From Lama glama (lineage: Eukaryota), in assembly GCA_028534125.1 (NCBI GenBank), contig CM052817.1, positions 37,636,001-37,700,000 on the forward strand: a DNA stretch of 64,000 bases, written 5' to 3'. Both the position numbers and the translations under genes were made by a program. Of the stretch, positions 49,821 through 63,715 are shown piece after piece; the first letter of the stretch is position 1; each line of letters starts with the position of its first letter. A model generated the notes under the pieces. The model did no database searches. It was not told where the DNA came from and saw only the letters and a program-made list of their open reading frames with translations.

Positions 49821-52800
49821 TCTGCTCCTTCAGTATCCCTAGCATGGGAGTACCACAGGCAGAGTCAAGATTCAGCGAGTGGTGAGAATAAGTCACATGG
49901 ATATAGTAGCAATGAGTATTTCCATGAATCTTTACATAACAAGCAAGAACTTTATGAGCTATTTCAATTTAAAACAAATTTTAAATGAATTATTTGTATT
50001 TTAATAATGCAATAGTTTCATAAAATAATACATTTTACATCACATCAACAATTGTATTAATAACATGTTCAACTGTAACCATAGTAGTAAAATCAAAATA
50101 TAAATATAAGTTATCAATTAAAATGCAAAAATCTTAGAAAAGCTTTAATTTTATTTAGTGTCCTTATTTTCTCGTTTACTATAGAAAATCTCCCCTCAAA
50201 TTACTAGTATTTCAGGGTCCATTTGTTTAGTTCCCAGTTTCTGTTGATGGTCATCAGTGCCAGGCCGCAGCCCCTTTCTTCCCATCTGTTATATAAGTGG
50301 TTTTTTTTTTAGATGACAGACGGTTATTTCGGTTTGCTCTAGTTATAGGTTAAGCCAAGTAAGATGTAATAGCTTTAAGGCACAAGAGACCTGTTTTGGA
50401 GGAGAAAACAGAGAGCCAGGATAGTTAATTTGATATGATCATGAATGCATAGTTTTGGTAAAATAAAGGTGTTGATAATATTTGCATTATTGGTGCAAAA
50501 GCTGTTGTTTAATTTTGTCTGTTTAATACTACTGTTGTTATCATTCTCTGAAAATCATATATTTATGTTAGTAATATGGCGTCTAGCCCTTGAAAATAAT
50601 ATAATTTTATAACGTACTTCTAACAATGTAAAGAAATATATACTAGCCATTTTACCTTGGACATTTAAGTTTCTTCTTCCCTAAAGGGATTGTTTTTGAC
50701 TTTGAAAGAGCTAGAGATTACTTTTGGCTTATCTTTTCTATTTTTTTTTTTCATAAATGGATTTGATGTTTGTTACTACTTTCATTTCACAGATGATAAA
50801 TATTTGTTGTACTTTTGAAAACAAAGTGAAAAACCTGTACATTTATTATGATGCTCCTGACAATTCTTACTATTCTTGGCAGCTGAATAATAATATTTTA
50901 ACAGAAAATAAATCTTTTGGGGGCATCAGTTCTGCAAATCATCTTATCCACATGCCACTTCAGTGTTTGAAGAATGGCTTATCATGTTTTCCTAATTTCT
51001 AGAAACGTATCCATGCCAACTAATAACATACGAGAACATTCAGCTCAACTGTTATGTTGTTCTTCTATTCCTATTAATAATGTTTTTAAAAATTAATAGT
51101 CTCTTGAAAGATACATGGATATAGATTGCATAAAGAATTCTAAATTCTTAAATCTCATCTTCACTAAAAAAGCACACATATGCACGATGACAATGCACAA
51201 TGGTAACTCAGAGAAAGAAAAGTTGGCTATGTAAAACTGAACAAGAGTGAACATACAACTTTGTTCAACAGAACACCCATTTGGGGGATTTGATGTGACT
51301 GAAATATCATTAATGGAGTTTTGATAAACTGCTTACTGTTTTTCTTTGTTTTATTTTCCTGCTTGTGAATACACATTATTTTCATGGAAGAATCTTGATT
51401 TAATTTTCTTAGCTGATATAATCAATATTTGACAGTTTTTATCATATTTGTGATAGCACATCATTATTTTTAACTTTTAGAAAGTTGGAAGGGGCAGATG
51501 CCTTCTCTGCTTGTAATAGTTATTCAATACATGTTTCATTTCTTCTAATGATTTTGCATATGTTGACATTTTTCCTTTTCTATTTTGAGGCATGCAGCTG
51601 CTCTTCCCCTTTCTTTCTGTAGTCTTTTATTTGAGACAAGAGTATGTCCATATACCTTAAGAAATTCAAACAGACATAGTGCCATGACTTCTGACTGTCT
51701 GCTAGGTAACCTCTCTATGTTAAAGTATTTTTTTCTCACTTAAAATAAAAGAACGGGGCCAAAAAATTTCATATATACTCCAAAAATAATGTGAATTGGA
51801 ATAGAAAACCGTTCATTCAAATACCATTGACTGTAGAATAGTGATTTTCCTATGAACATAGAATAGGCTTTGCTCTTGGGAAGAATCTTGGAAGGGCCAT
51901 AGAGAAATGCACATGCTCCTTTGATTTCACAGCTCCAGGCCAAATAGCTTGGCTGAGAGGCAGTCTGAAGAGGAGTATTCCTGAGTTAACTTGGTGGATA
52001 GATGTTATGTGCTACATTTTCCTTCCTCTTCTCTGCCAAGTCCCCATTCTGAGCTCCACTCAAAGAAATATGTTTCCAACTGAGCTGTCCAGGTTGCATG
52101 GGGCTGGGGGATGGGAAATAGATGGAAGAAAGAAAGGTAGACTTGTTTAATCATTTACACAATTCTAAGCCCCTTAGCTTCCCATTAAAATCTTGTTGAA
52201 AAAAAATTTGGTTTCATTGTGTTTACTTAAGCCTTTAGCATTTGTTTTATGTTCTTTGAATCTACCAAGAATGATCTTTTTAAGAAAAGAAATTAAAATT
52301 TTTGATAGAAAGCATATTATTGAAATTTTATGTAATTACTATTTAGCAGTCTGGAAAATACTATAAAGTTTAGCCAATTTAAAACTGATTTATTTTTATA
52401 CAGAGGATATTGTTAGGTTTTATTATGACTTTGTTTCTAAACATACTGTTTGTTAAAGTACAAGTTTTCATTGAGATGGCTTAACTAGTAACTTTGAAAA
52501 ACATTCTAAAAACATAGATAGTGTATACTTGATTTTAAAAATATTTTTCTTTTAGTGTACCTGAGAACTGAAAAACTTTAAAAAATTGTTAAATAATTGT
52601 TTAATAGTTGTTAAATAATTACTGTAGCAGTCAGTAGCTTTAATAGAGATGTAATCTCTCTGCACTTAAATTTTCTCATTTGTTAAGTGATGAGTATTTC
52701 TAAGATGGCTAGATTTTAACTAACATTAAGTTTTATTTCAAAGTATTGTGTGAAATAAAGCAAGAAATAGAACAGTGCTTATGGGAAATATGAGGAAATA

Positions 52801-54069
52801 TATACATATGTGTACATATCTAGATTTGCTTGTATTTATATAAACGAATACTAAGAGGATTCATGCTGTTACAAATGGTTACCTACAGGAGACAGAGACA
52901 AATGGACTGAATGTGGACAGCAGCGGGAGCAAGACTTCTGACTGTATACATTTGGACATCTTTTTGCTTTTTGAAACGTGAAATTATGTAATCGGGGAAA
53001 AGAAAGGCACACGCAGAGAACCTTAAACAGAGATACCCACAGAAAGAAAATAGAGATGTGGGGGAGAAAGTAGAGACGGGAGAGATTCTTGCTGATGGCT
53101 TTTGTTTTCACTGAGAAAGAGTGAGATAATATGTTGCTCCAACGTATTGCTGTAGTAGTGACATGAATGTGGTATCTTTATTCCTTTTCTTTGCAGCATA
53201 CCTTGTTAAATTAAAGATGCATTGTTACTGGTACAAGATAATGGGGGGTTGGTAAATTCTAAGTTAGATTTGTATTTTCTGTACAAATATTTTAAGATTG
53301 CAAGATATTTATAAATTTTAAAATAGTTATTAAGAATAACAGTGTCATTCTTATTTCACTTGCTTTCAGTGTTTTTTAGAAGTAACTTCATTGTTCCTCT
53401 ATTATGGGTGCTTTTATATATGTAATGATAGTGTTGGTAATCTGTCATTATCTAGTAAAGCTATTTTTTCTTGTTTGCTTATAATTAAATTTGAAATAGC
53501 TTTTCCATTAGGAATCTGGATCTTCAGGATTTTCTGTCTGAAATGCTTCATTATGTTGCAAGATGGAACTTGATATGCAAGATGTCAATCAAGAAGAAAC
53601 TTCTCTTTTTGTTTATTCTTTCCTTCATGAATATTTTTCCTTCTTTTCATTCATTCAAACAAAATTTACTGAGAGACAACTCTTATAAACTGCATATTAC
53701 TAGGCATTTCTAAAATATAAGAAACAATGACTAAGCTAAAAATAGTCTGATTTAAATATTCGCAATCATTATAACATTTAAAAATAAATATAATTCAGAT
53801 AGTTCTGTAGGTCTCTTAAGAGAACAACAAAACCCAAAAACCCAACAACAAACACACAAAAAACTATTTTACTGGCCTTTATTCCCCATGTGAGGTTATC
53901 TCTCCACAGAGGCAACTAATTCCAGCTTTCCCAGCTCTCCCTTCTGACATTAACCTTCATGTTTCTAAGTAACATCCCTGGGCTGCTGTTGAGAAGCAGC
54001 ATCATAAGTTGGTCAAGAACTGCTGATTCAGATCCCAACTCTTCCACTCACTGTTCTGTTCACCTCGAG

Positions 54070-54293
54070 CAGTGTTTCTTAACAGGCACAATTGGCATTT
54101 TGTGCCAGATATTTTTTTGTTGTTGTTGTGGGGAGTCATACTGTGCATTATAGAATATGTAGCAGTGTCTCTGGCCTCTACTCATTAGATGCCAGTCGCA
54201 CCGACCCACCTCACGTATAACAACTAAAAATCTTTCCAGGCATAGCCAAATGCCCCCCAAAGGGACAAAATCACCCCCAGCTGAGAACCACTC
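54070..54293. mobile_element. MER20 hAT-Charlie MITE inserted in a MIR (~53990-54370)
   Basis: ctgtgcattatagaatatgtagcagtgtctctggcctctactcattagatgccag...caaaatcacccccagctgagaaccact; MIR halves on either side. Confidence 0.8.
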
Positions 54294-54389
54294 ATCTTGG
54301 GGAAGTTAACTCCGTTTTCTGTGACTTTGTTCCCTCATCAGGAATTTGGAATTTATAATTGTACTAACTAAATATTGTATTGACTATAC

Positions 54390-55235
54390 TGGGTCAGAGC
54401 AATAAGGCAAGAAAATAAATAAAAGACATATAGAACAGAAAGGAAGAAATACAACTCATTTTCAGATGGTATTATTGTCTCCTCCACAATCCAAAAAGTC
54501 ACAAAAAAATCTACTAAAATTAATGAGTGTATTTAGCTGGGTCACAGGATACAAAATCAGTTATATTTCCATATACTTGGCAAGGAGCAATTAGAAATTG
54601 AAACATTAAAAATATCATAACAGCATCAATATATGAATATTATGGGATATATCTAAGAAACGTGTAAGATTTATACACTGAAAACTATAAAACATTGGTG
54701 AGAGAAATGAAAGAAGACCTAATAAATGGAGAGATATGCATGTTCATAGATTGAAAGACTTGCCCTTCAGAAGACACTGTTGTAGAAAAGTGAAGACAGA
54801 TTAGGAGAAAATATTTTTATAAAAACACATCTGATTAAGAATTTGAATCCAGAATATATAAAGAACTCTCAAACTCAATAAAAAAAAAAAACAAACAACT
54901 TTTTTAAATGAGCAGAAGTTTTAAACGAACATTTCACGAAGGAAGATATCCAGGAGGCAAATAAGCACGTAATTATTAATGAACTATGAACAAATAATTC
55001 ATTGATAAATGAACAATTAACATAATGAATAAATAACATAATTATTCATTAGGAAATGCAAACCCAAACTAAAATGAGATATCATTATATATCTACCAGG
55101 ATGGCTGAATTTAAAATGTTTGACCCTACCAATTAGTGGTAAGGATGCAGATCACTGGAACTTCCACACTTCACTAGTGGGAATGCAACATGGTACAACT
55201 GTGTTGGAAAACAACTTGGCACTTTATTATAAAGT
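54390..55235 (+). mobile_element. Degraded LINE-1 ORF2/3' fragments
   Basis: gcaataaggcaagaaaataaataaaagacata, aaagaagacctaataaatggagagat, ccagaatatataaagaactctc, cattaggaaatgcaaa motifs. Confidence 0.75.
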
Positions 55236-56097
55236 CAGACCCCTCTTCATGGAGATGAGACCTATAGAACTGAATAAGGCCTCATGCTCAGAAAAGCCCC
55301 ACACTTGATTTAATGTTCTACTATTGCTGTCTTGAAATTCTTAATAATTTTATCTCTGAACTTGTGTTTTATAATTAAAGTCTGTTGGAACACTGGAACA
55401 CGTGCAGTATATCTGCCAGTACTTGCTGCCCCATTCACATATAGTGTTCAAGATACCCCATAAACACATAATTCCGGTGGGCACATGGTACATGAGACTA
55501 TGGCGAGACTCAAATGTAGTCAGTACAAGTAAGTTACATCTACGACTAGGTGGGGACAGACAACCTCTAGAAGCCACATTTTCTGTTTGAACCAGAATTG
55601 TTTCTAATGCAGAAAGAAGACAGTGGCATTCTGAGAAACACAATTATTGTCTGTAGTATTAGTAAAACGCTTTTGGCGGAAGTGACAATACCAATAAGCC
55701 AAAAGCAGAGTGTTGGCAGAATGTATGCATATCAAGACTTGACATAAACAATGAGTTAGTTTTATGTATTGGTTCCACTGTTTTGGTAAGAACAAAATAT
55801 ATATGCATGTATGAGCTGCAAAATACAAATCGAATAATTTTGGTGGTTGTTTCTGAATTAAATGTCATATTTGCGTTTAAAATGGCATTGTACAATGTAA
55901 AGATAAATGGTGAAAATCAGACTAATTTAAATTTTCAAATTTTCTTTCTTTAGAAAATATTAAATAGCAAATAAGAAAAACATAGCAAGGTGAAAGACTG
56001 AGGAAGATAGGAAAAAGCTTTATATTTTAGTAGTTTTAGTGACACTTTTTTCTTGCCTTTTAAACAAGGGGCCTGACACATTATATAGTTGACCATG
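55236..56097. mobile_element. MER45-like hAT-Tip100 element inserted in the L1
   Basis: Start cagacccctcttcatgg...catgctcagaaaagccccacacttgatttaatgttctactattgctgtcttgaaattcttaataatttt resembles the MER45 end; L1 sequence appears to resume after 56097. Confidence 0.65.
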
Positions 56098-57407
56098 TAA
56101 AAGTTAAACAGTCAAATTCCAAACACTTAAAAATATACAGATTTAATTATGCATTTACTATATGGCCGAGAAATCATTTGTTGGGCTTCAATGGAGGGTT
56201 ATCAGGAGATACCCAACCAGATATCCCAGAATGCTACAGACAGTGTTCTTGGAGCTAAGGAGAACAGGTTAATTCTCATCATTTAGAATACAGATTTTTA
56301 ATTTAATTCACCTGTTTTTAGTCTCCCAGTCTAGCCCTTATCTGTGCTTAGTACTGCCTTACATCCAGAGTCCCTCTGGTTCAAAATTTTCAAAGAAAAA
56401 GCCTCTAGTCTTCTATTGAGTAAGGGGAGGTGGTCACCTTGCTTCATAAGGTTATTAGTGGCTGGGGGCAGAGGGGAAGAACCTGTTTCTTATTCAGACT
56501 TTTAACCAAGCCTACTATTTGTGGCTCCCGCCAAGCCTCCAATTCCTGAGGCTTTCTAAGGTTTTGCCAAATGAATAAGTTTGCTTCTTGATGTTCCCAG
56601 CTACAGGCACTTACCTTTCAGTTTCCTCTGGTCTGCTAAGACTACAACTTGATTATACACTTTCCAGATTCTCACTTGTTTTTGACAGTTCTCTCTGCTA
56701 TTTTCTCTCCAGCTCTTCTTTTCTTTGAGGTTCTATATCTTTAAACATTCCTTTCCTGCCATTATTTTTGTGAGAGAGAAGGGAAAAATACATACGTGTT
56801 CTATTCACTGTTGCTGAAAATAAATATTTAAAATTTGGATGTCATTGCAAAAACTTTTTTAAAAATTTATTTTATTTTCTACAGACTTCTGTCACTAAAA
56901 AAATTATTTTACTCTTTTATATAAAACAATGGAACTTTAAAAAATGAACAGTGAATGCAGTGAAGAGAGAAGAGAACATGTAACAAGGACCATGTCCATA
57001 GGAGGAATAGAGATTACGGTGTCTTCTCGGTAGAGATCCCTACTCCCACTCACACAGTTGTGGTTATGTACACCATCAGGCAGCTGGGTATAACTGGAAT
57101 CGAGTCCGTGATAGGGGTATTCCATTAAGCATCATTTACGCCTGAAACGAATCATGTCTAATCCCATCTGAGCATCTGCTTATCTGAAGACCTGAACTAA
57201 CCTACCAACTACCCTTGATGACCCTTGTGCCCTCCCTTTGGTTTTCTTCTGTTTAGTTTTTCAGACTCAGTCTGATGCCATCTACTCCCAGAAATCTACC
57301 CTGAAACCATGCCACCAAGCTAATATAGATCAATGTTTTCAACTTAAATTCTCAAGTTATATTCTCTTTCACTCTATTTATCGCATTATAATTGAATGTT
57401 TGTTTCT

Positions 57408-57758
57408 AGAATCAGCACACCTTTTCTGTAAAGTTTACAGTTGGTAAATATTTTAGGCTTTCAGACCAAGAGGCAAACTCAAAGATATTATGTACACATT
57501 TATATAATAAGAGAGAAAACAAATTCTAATGATTTTTATTGACAGAATTAAAAATAAAATAACAATTGAGTACAATTTTTGTAATATAGATAAACTTATC
57601 AGAAGAGTGGAATTCTTTTGGAGAAGATAACATTTCTCTTAATATTGGTTCAAAGTTAATGTTCTCATTTATCAAATTGATTGCAAATGTTTATCTGTAA
57701 AAATCATTCTTAGCTCACAAGCCTTACAAAAATAGGCAATGAAGTTTCCTGACCTCTG
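57408..57758. mobile_element. MER58-like hAT-Charlie element within an L2 fragment
   Basis: ttttctgtaaag...gtaaatattttaggcttt start; aaaatcattcttagctcacaagccttacaaaaataggc...tttcctgacctctg end. Confidence 0.65.
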
Positions 57759-58619
57759 CTCTATTTGTTTAGCTCTTTGTCTCTACTATATTTTGAGATC
57801 CAAAACCTGTCCTTGGTCTTATTCATCTTTGAATTCCCAGGCAATGAACCACCTGGCACAATATAGGTGCTTAGTAACTTAAACAAAAATTTTTTCAAGC
57901 AATGAAAAGATTTAACTCTTATCTTAATGGATAATACCTTGACTTTATGTGTCACCTTTCCTTTAAGGATTTTCAGATCTCTTATCTCATATCTATTACC
58001 TAATATGCGGTAGGAAAAGGATTGATGTTATTAGTCCCATTTCACTGATAGGAAAGTGACACAGTAGTATAACGAAGACTAGAATTAAGGAACTCTGATT
58101 CTCAGCTATAGAATGTTTTCAGAGGATTATAGTACATTCTCAGGTATATATATCTCTGGTCTATTCCAGGAGTTATCTCTTATCAGGAAACTCAGAGGTG
58201 TAAGTAAACCAGCATGGACTGGTATAGATAAGGAAATTACTGTAGCACTTGGGTGGATAAACACTAAAAATCTAACTACAACTTAAATAAAATCCCTGGA
58301 AATAATGTTCTGTACTGAGTTTTCAAGTATGAGACATCATACTTTTTTTTTTTTTTTTTAGAGAGCACAGATTTAATTCCATTTGCAAACTGACCTTCCA
58401 TCTGGCTTATTTTTCCACACGCCCCATGTCTGACATCTACCCTTACTGGTTTTCTCGTTCCAGCTTTTTCCATAGTAAGAGTGCACAGAGGTCTCATTCC
58501 CGTGCTCTCAGTGACAGCCCAGGTGGCCCCCAGTATCTCCAGCCCTTCTCCGGTGGGTAACCTCCATGGTGAGCACCTCGAGTTCTACTGTCCTGTATGG
58601 ATGCCAGCTCTGCCTCTTC

Positions 58620-59119
58620 NNNNNNNNNNNNNNNNNNNNNNNNNNNNNNNNNNNNNNNNNNNNNNNNNNNNNNNNNNNNNNNNNNNNNNNNNNNNNNNNN
58701 NNNNNNNNNNNNNNNNNNNNNNNNNNNNNNNNNNNNNNNNNNNNNNNNNNNNNNNNNNNNNNNNNNNNNNNNNNNNNNNNNNNNNNNNNNNNNNNNNNNN
58801 NNNNNNNNNNNNNNNNNNNNNNNNNNNNNNNNNNNNNNNNNNNNNNNNNNNNNNNNNNNNNNNNNNNNNNNNNNNNNNNNNNNNNNNNNNNNNNNNNNNN
58901 NNNNNNNNNNNNNNNNNNNNNNNNNNNNNNNNNNNNNNNNNNNNNNNNNNNNNNNNNNNNNNNNNNNNNNNNNNNNNNNNNNNNNNNNNNNNNNNNNNNN
59001 NNNNNNNNNNNNNNNNNNNNNNNNNNNNNNNNNNNNNNNNNNNNNNNNNNNNNNNNNNNNNNNNNNNNNNNNNNNNNNNNNNNNNNNNNNNNNNNNNNNN
59101 NNNNNNNNNNNNNNNNNNN
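58620..59119. other. Assembly gap of 500 N
   Basis: Read directly. Confidence 0.99.
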
Positions 59120-61539
59120 TCCCTTATCAGATCACCACTATTATCAGGAACAGTGTCATTAACTACTGTTTAGTTCTGGTTTCTGGGGATTAAAATAGAC
59201 AGTAGACCTGATCCTTGGCCTTGGAAGAGAGAATAAATACAGTCAGTATAACAGTGGGTGAAGTCCATATGATCCTTGTCAGAGGAGGACAGGAAAGGGG
59301 GTGCTCCACAGGGATGTGAGTGTGTACAGATCTGTTGATAGGGAGAGGGTTGGGAAAGGCTTCCTGGAAACGGTAGCACTTACACCGCATCTTCAAGAAA
59401 GGTAATAGAGACGTGATAAAACACATGAGGAAGGGCTTGAGCAAGACCGTGAAGGTAGAAGGAGTATGAATGATGTGTTCAGGAAACAATAAATAGACCA
59501 GTTTATCTTGAGCAGGTTTTTTATATAAGGAAGTCATTGGAATACATTTGAAGTGTTAGGAATGCGGAGAGAAAAGCCAAATAAAGGAGCTTGAAAGTTT
59601 AATGTAGGAAATGGTGAGCTGTCAAAGAAATTTAAACAGGAAGATGGGAGTGGCATAGGCAACAAGAATTGTAAGCAAGCTGAATCTTATCTGTTCTGGA
59701 GCTGAAGTGTTGAATACTGGATTGTTTTTGCTACTTAAGTGTGTGCTACATAAAAATGTTACAACCATGTATTTATTTTTCACTGTGCCTTGTTTCCATT
59801 AGAGTTGGTTTTTAAATAGCTAAACATAATTTTATCTCCGGTGATTCAAAAGGAAGTTGAAGACATTGCAATTTCAACTATGTGTCCCAATTACGCTATT
59901 GTGAATGAGCTGAAGTGGCAGCTTTTAGAGATAAATCTGTGTGTTTGAGAGCATCTTTATAGTCTATCAGAGTATTAGGAAATATTTATTTAACATCTTA
60001 TACATTTAACATTTTTGTATCCTGTTCACACTTTTAATGTCATTACAAAGTAATAAAAATGCTGGGAATGAAAACTGTAGTTTAACATGGATTTAATTCT
60101 TCCAGACAAAGTGAGAAATGAACTATGTGTGTAATTTGAAAATATACTCTGGATTCCATCAATAAAAATGTTGTTCTGTGCTATTAAAAAACAAAGTTGT
60201 ACATAGGTGAGCCGGATTGGATGAATGTGTTGTACAGTAGGAGGCTGCCCATCTTCTCTTCTGTCCCTCCTCCTCCTGTTCTGAGTGAACGCAGTGGACC
60301 ATCTGGCTGCTGCATGTGCAGCCAGCTGCCTTCTCCACAGGAGAGGGAAACGTAAGAATTCTCACAGAAGCACATTTGTAGGCTTAGGCTTCCTCCCGCT
60401 AGTCTGGATGAGTTCTCAGGATGCCAGGTCATTAAGCACACTTTCCAGTGTGGGAGGCCCTTGAACCTCCCCCACTATCTCTGGCTTGAATAAATGTAGA
60501 TTGTTCCACAAGCCTAGGCAAATACTCTATTGTGTTCTTCTTGGGAGTAGTTTGACCTTGTGTACTTGAAGAATTCCTCCAAGATAGGGCAAGACTATCT
60601 TGCCCTTCCAGAAATTCACCCTTTACAGAGATTTGTGGCCTAAATCCAACCTAAAGAATATTTGCTTGTTTCATCTCCTTAAACTGCTGGTGGGAGAGGG
60701 GAAAGGCTGCCCCCGCAGCTCCAAGCCTGCCTGGGGTCATGAGACCTCTTCATTGCAGAGTGGGCAGTGGGAGAACGGGATTCATCTGGTAGTGTCTCAG
60801 CATTTCTTCATCCGCAGGCAAATGGATGTTTAACACAGCTATTTCTGATCTTCTCTCTGAGGTCAGCTAGCACTCTTTTTGAATCGTGCACTATATGTTA
60901 AGGGAGGGAAGGGAGAAAGACTGCAATGGAGAAGCAAGCAAAGGGCTCTGAAACCTGCTGCTTTGGGAGAAGGTGACTCCTGCACTGCTTCTAACAGTTG
61001 CAGCCCCTTTCCTCTTCTCTCCATGTGTTTATTTTTCAAAACACTTTGTGCATCCAACCCCTTTCAGTGGTCAGGAGACTGCTCACCTTAAAGCTATGTG
61101 AGCAAGAAGAAGTTGGCTATGTCTATCAAATAATCAGAAAAGTTACTCCAGTCCAAAATGGGCCTACGTACCATGATGACACCATAAACATAGGGGACAA
61201 AAAATAAACAGATATTTCAGCACATAAAATCTGGTCATTTAATTGCCAGGGTATAAATAATGCTACTACCTAGAACAAATTCTCTTTTAGATACTCTGAA
61301 TTTCCTCTGTTTCCTGAAATTTTCTCAGTGATTTCACCTACTGATTTCAACACCTTTTTGTACCTCCCCCATATTTTATAAATGAATGAAATGCTTTTGT
61401 GAGAAATTGGAAATTTCCTATAAGGAAACTGTAGATCAACATGCAATTGTGAATAAAATTCCCTTCTTCAGCATTAAATTTAAGCTCCACTTTTATTTTT
61501 GCAAAGCTTTCCATGACATTTATCTCCACCAGCGTATTT

Positions 61540-62300
61540 GCTCTCATCTCTGCATACCTGTTCCTTGCACTGTGTCCATTCAATACCTCACAGGTACTTA
61601 CTAAGCGCTCCACGGATGTGACATATGCCAAGAGTTATGTCGGGGTTTTTATATGCTTGTAAGGAAGAAAGAAATAAACATAACAATACGAGGTAGTATT
61701 TGACTGGTGCCATAAGAGTGATACAAAGAAGTGAAAGTGTTTAGATGAGAGAGAGAGCAGTTTCGGCCGGGGGAAATCTGGGTAGGCTTTACAGAAGACG
61801 TGGCACATGAACTTGACCTTAGATGGGTAGGATTTCAACAGAGGGAATTCTAAACAAAGGAACAGTGTAATCCAAGGTAGAAATATGGGAAAGTATGTGT
61901 CATATATAGGGAATGATTTGCTGTGTAGTTTAACTTACAGTATGAATGGAACTATTGCAGCAGGTAAAACTGATGAGTAGATTGGCATCTGATTGTAGAA
62001 ACTTTGAGGCTAGACTAAGAAATTAAAATTTGATTCCAAAGGCATTAATTCTTAAGCTTTTTGAGCAGGATTACACAATCCTGTATAAATACAATCAAAA
62101 TAGAAGGTAAAATGAATAGTCAATCCAGGAAGGATCAAATGAGGGGATTTGCCAGAGGTTAAATCATTTTAGCCTCTTTTTAGAGGAGATCATTGTAGTG
62201 ATCTAAGCAGGAAGTGATAAGTGCTCAAACTAGGGTGATAAATAATTAGAATGGGGGAAAAATGATGATTCATCATGAATTGTAAAGGAAGAAACAGTTT
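61540..62300 (-). mobile_element. LINE-2 fragments
   Basis: ccattcaatacctcacaggtacttactaagcgctcc, ggtaggctttacagaagacgtggcacatgaacttgacctt, ttttgagcagga motifs; boundaries approximate. Confidence 0.55.
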
Positions 62301-63093
62301 ATATTTAATCTAACCAATTGTCAGTTTCTGAGAGCAAAGATTGTGTCTGCATCTTGTCTCCACAGTGCCCGCTACATTGTTTGACACAGAGAAATGCTTA
62401 ATGATGAATAAATATCCTCCTTTATTACCTACTTTATCCACTTTCATATTGTCTGCTTTCAAATAATTGTGTCTTGCATAGACTAATTAATGTGTGTATA
62501 TATATATATGTATTTTTTTTTCAGCACAGCTAGGATTCTATAAGAAAAACAGACCTTAATAACATTAGAGCAGTTTTTCATTCACGGTAAATCAAAAGAG
62601 AAGCAACAATGAAAAGTCAACTCTGGAAAAGAGGGAGGTGGTTTTGGTGAATTGCTGTCATTAAAAAAAAAAAAAGAAACAGACTGAAACTGAACTCATA
62701 TGCTTGAAGCACATGTGAGTCTGGTTTATTAAGTCATGGTAGAATGATTATTAGAAATACTACAGCTACTACTAATAAGCATTGTATTATTCACATTACA
62801 TATAAAAAGTCATGATATACAGCAACAAATAGTCATCTAGGAAATCGAACACGACTTTAACTACAGTGTGAGAAGAATTTAATGTGCTTTGTTCTATTTC
62901 TGACACGAACTCTATACAAGCAAAAAGGCTTCATTCCTTGCACAGTTCATTAAATATACTCTATGATGTCCTGATCTTGCACAGGAAAGAATTCACTAAC
63001 TGAGTGAAAAGATTTTATGGCTCTTTATTTTGAATTGGAAATAGTTTACCAAGCTTTCAACCACCAAATCAGTAAGGATTATTGCACAATTGT

Positions 63094-63125
63094 TGTTTGT
63101 TTTGTTTGTTTTGTTTTGTTTTGTT
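63094..63125. repeat. Imperfect (TTTTG)n simple repeat
   Basis: Read directly. Confidence 0.85.
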
Positions 63126-63629
63126 AATACTAAGTCTATAGCTTGCTGCATCAGTTAAAAAGAGGAATGCTGATATATTACTGCTTAACTACTTCAAACC
63201 AGCTGTTAGAGAGATAAGGGTGATGGATGGTGCTTAGCTCCAAATGGTGGAATTGACCTAGTTTAAGCTACCAGACAGAACACGCAGATTTATCAACTAC
63301 TCCCTAACATAAATATTTGGGAGTATATGACAAGTAAGTGCAACTGATTCTATCCAAACCTTAGAGTAAGGATTCCAGTATAAGTTGCAATAAATATTGA
63401 AAAAAGATGTGTCTTCCTTTCAAAAGCTCCCATTTGATGAAAATGAACATATTTCTATTTTAAGAAGAAAAGATTATTTTATAACATGTCCAAACTATGT
63501 GGGCACACACTAGTGGACTTTGGAAAATATTTTAAAAATCCAGCAATTGAGAGTTGCTAACAACAGGAATCTAGCAAACCTAAGACTTGGAGTAAATCAT
63601 TCACATTGAAAAGTCCTGCTATTTTCTTT

Positions 63630-63715
63630 TATATATATATATATGTATAGTGTATATATATATGTATATATATATATATATATAGTATATATATAGTATA
63701 TATCTACTTTATATG
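63630..63715. repeat. Imperfect (TA)n low-complexity repeat
   Basis: Read directly. Confidence 0.9.

Noticed and set aside
49290..49988. Longest ORF (232 aa)
   Set aside because: Runs through an ancient LTR and an (AT)n/(CA)n microsatellite (IYIYIY...), so it is spurious
58481..59193. ORFs of 198-230 aa
   Set aside because: Artefacts of translating the 500-N gap
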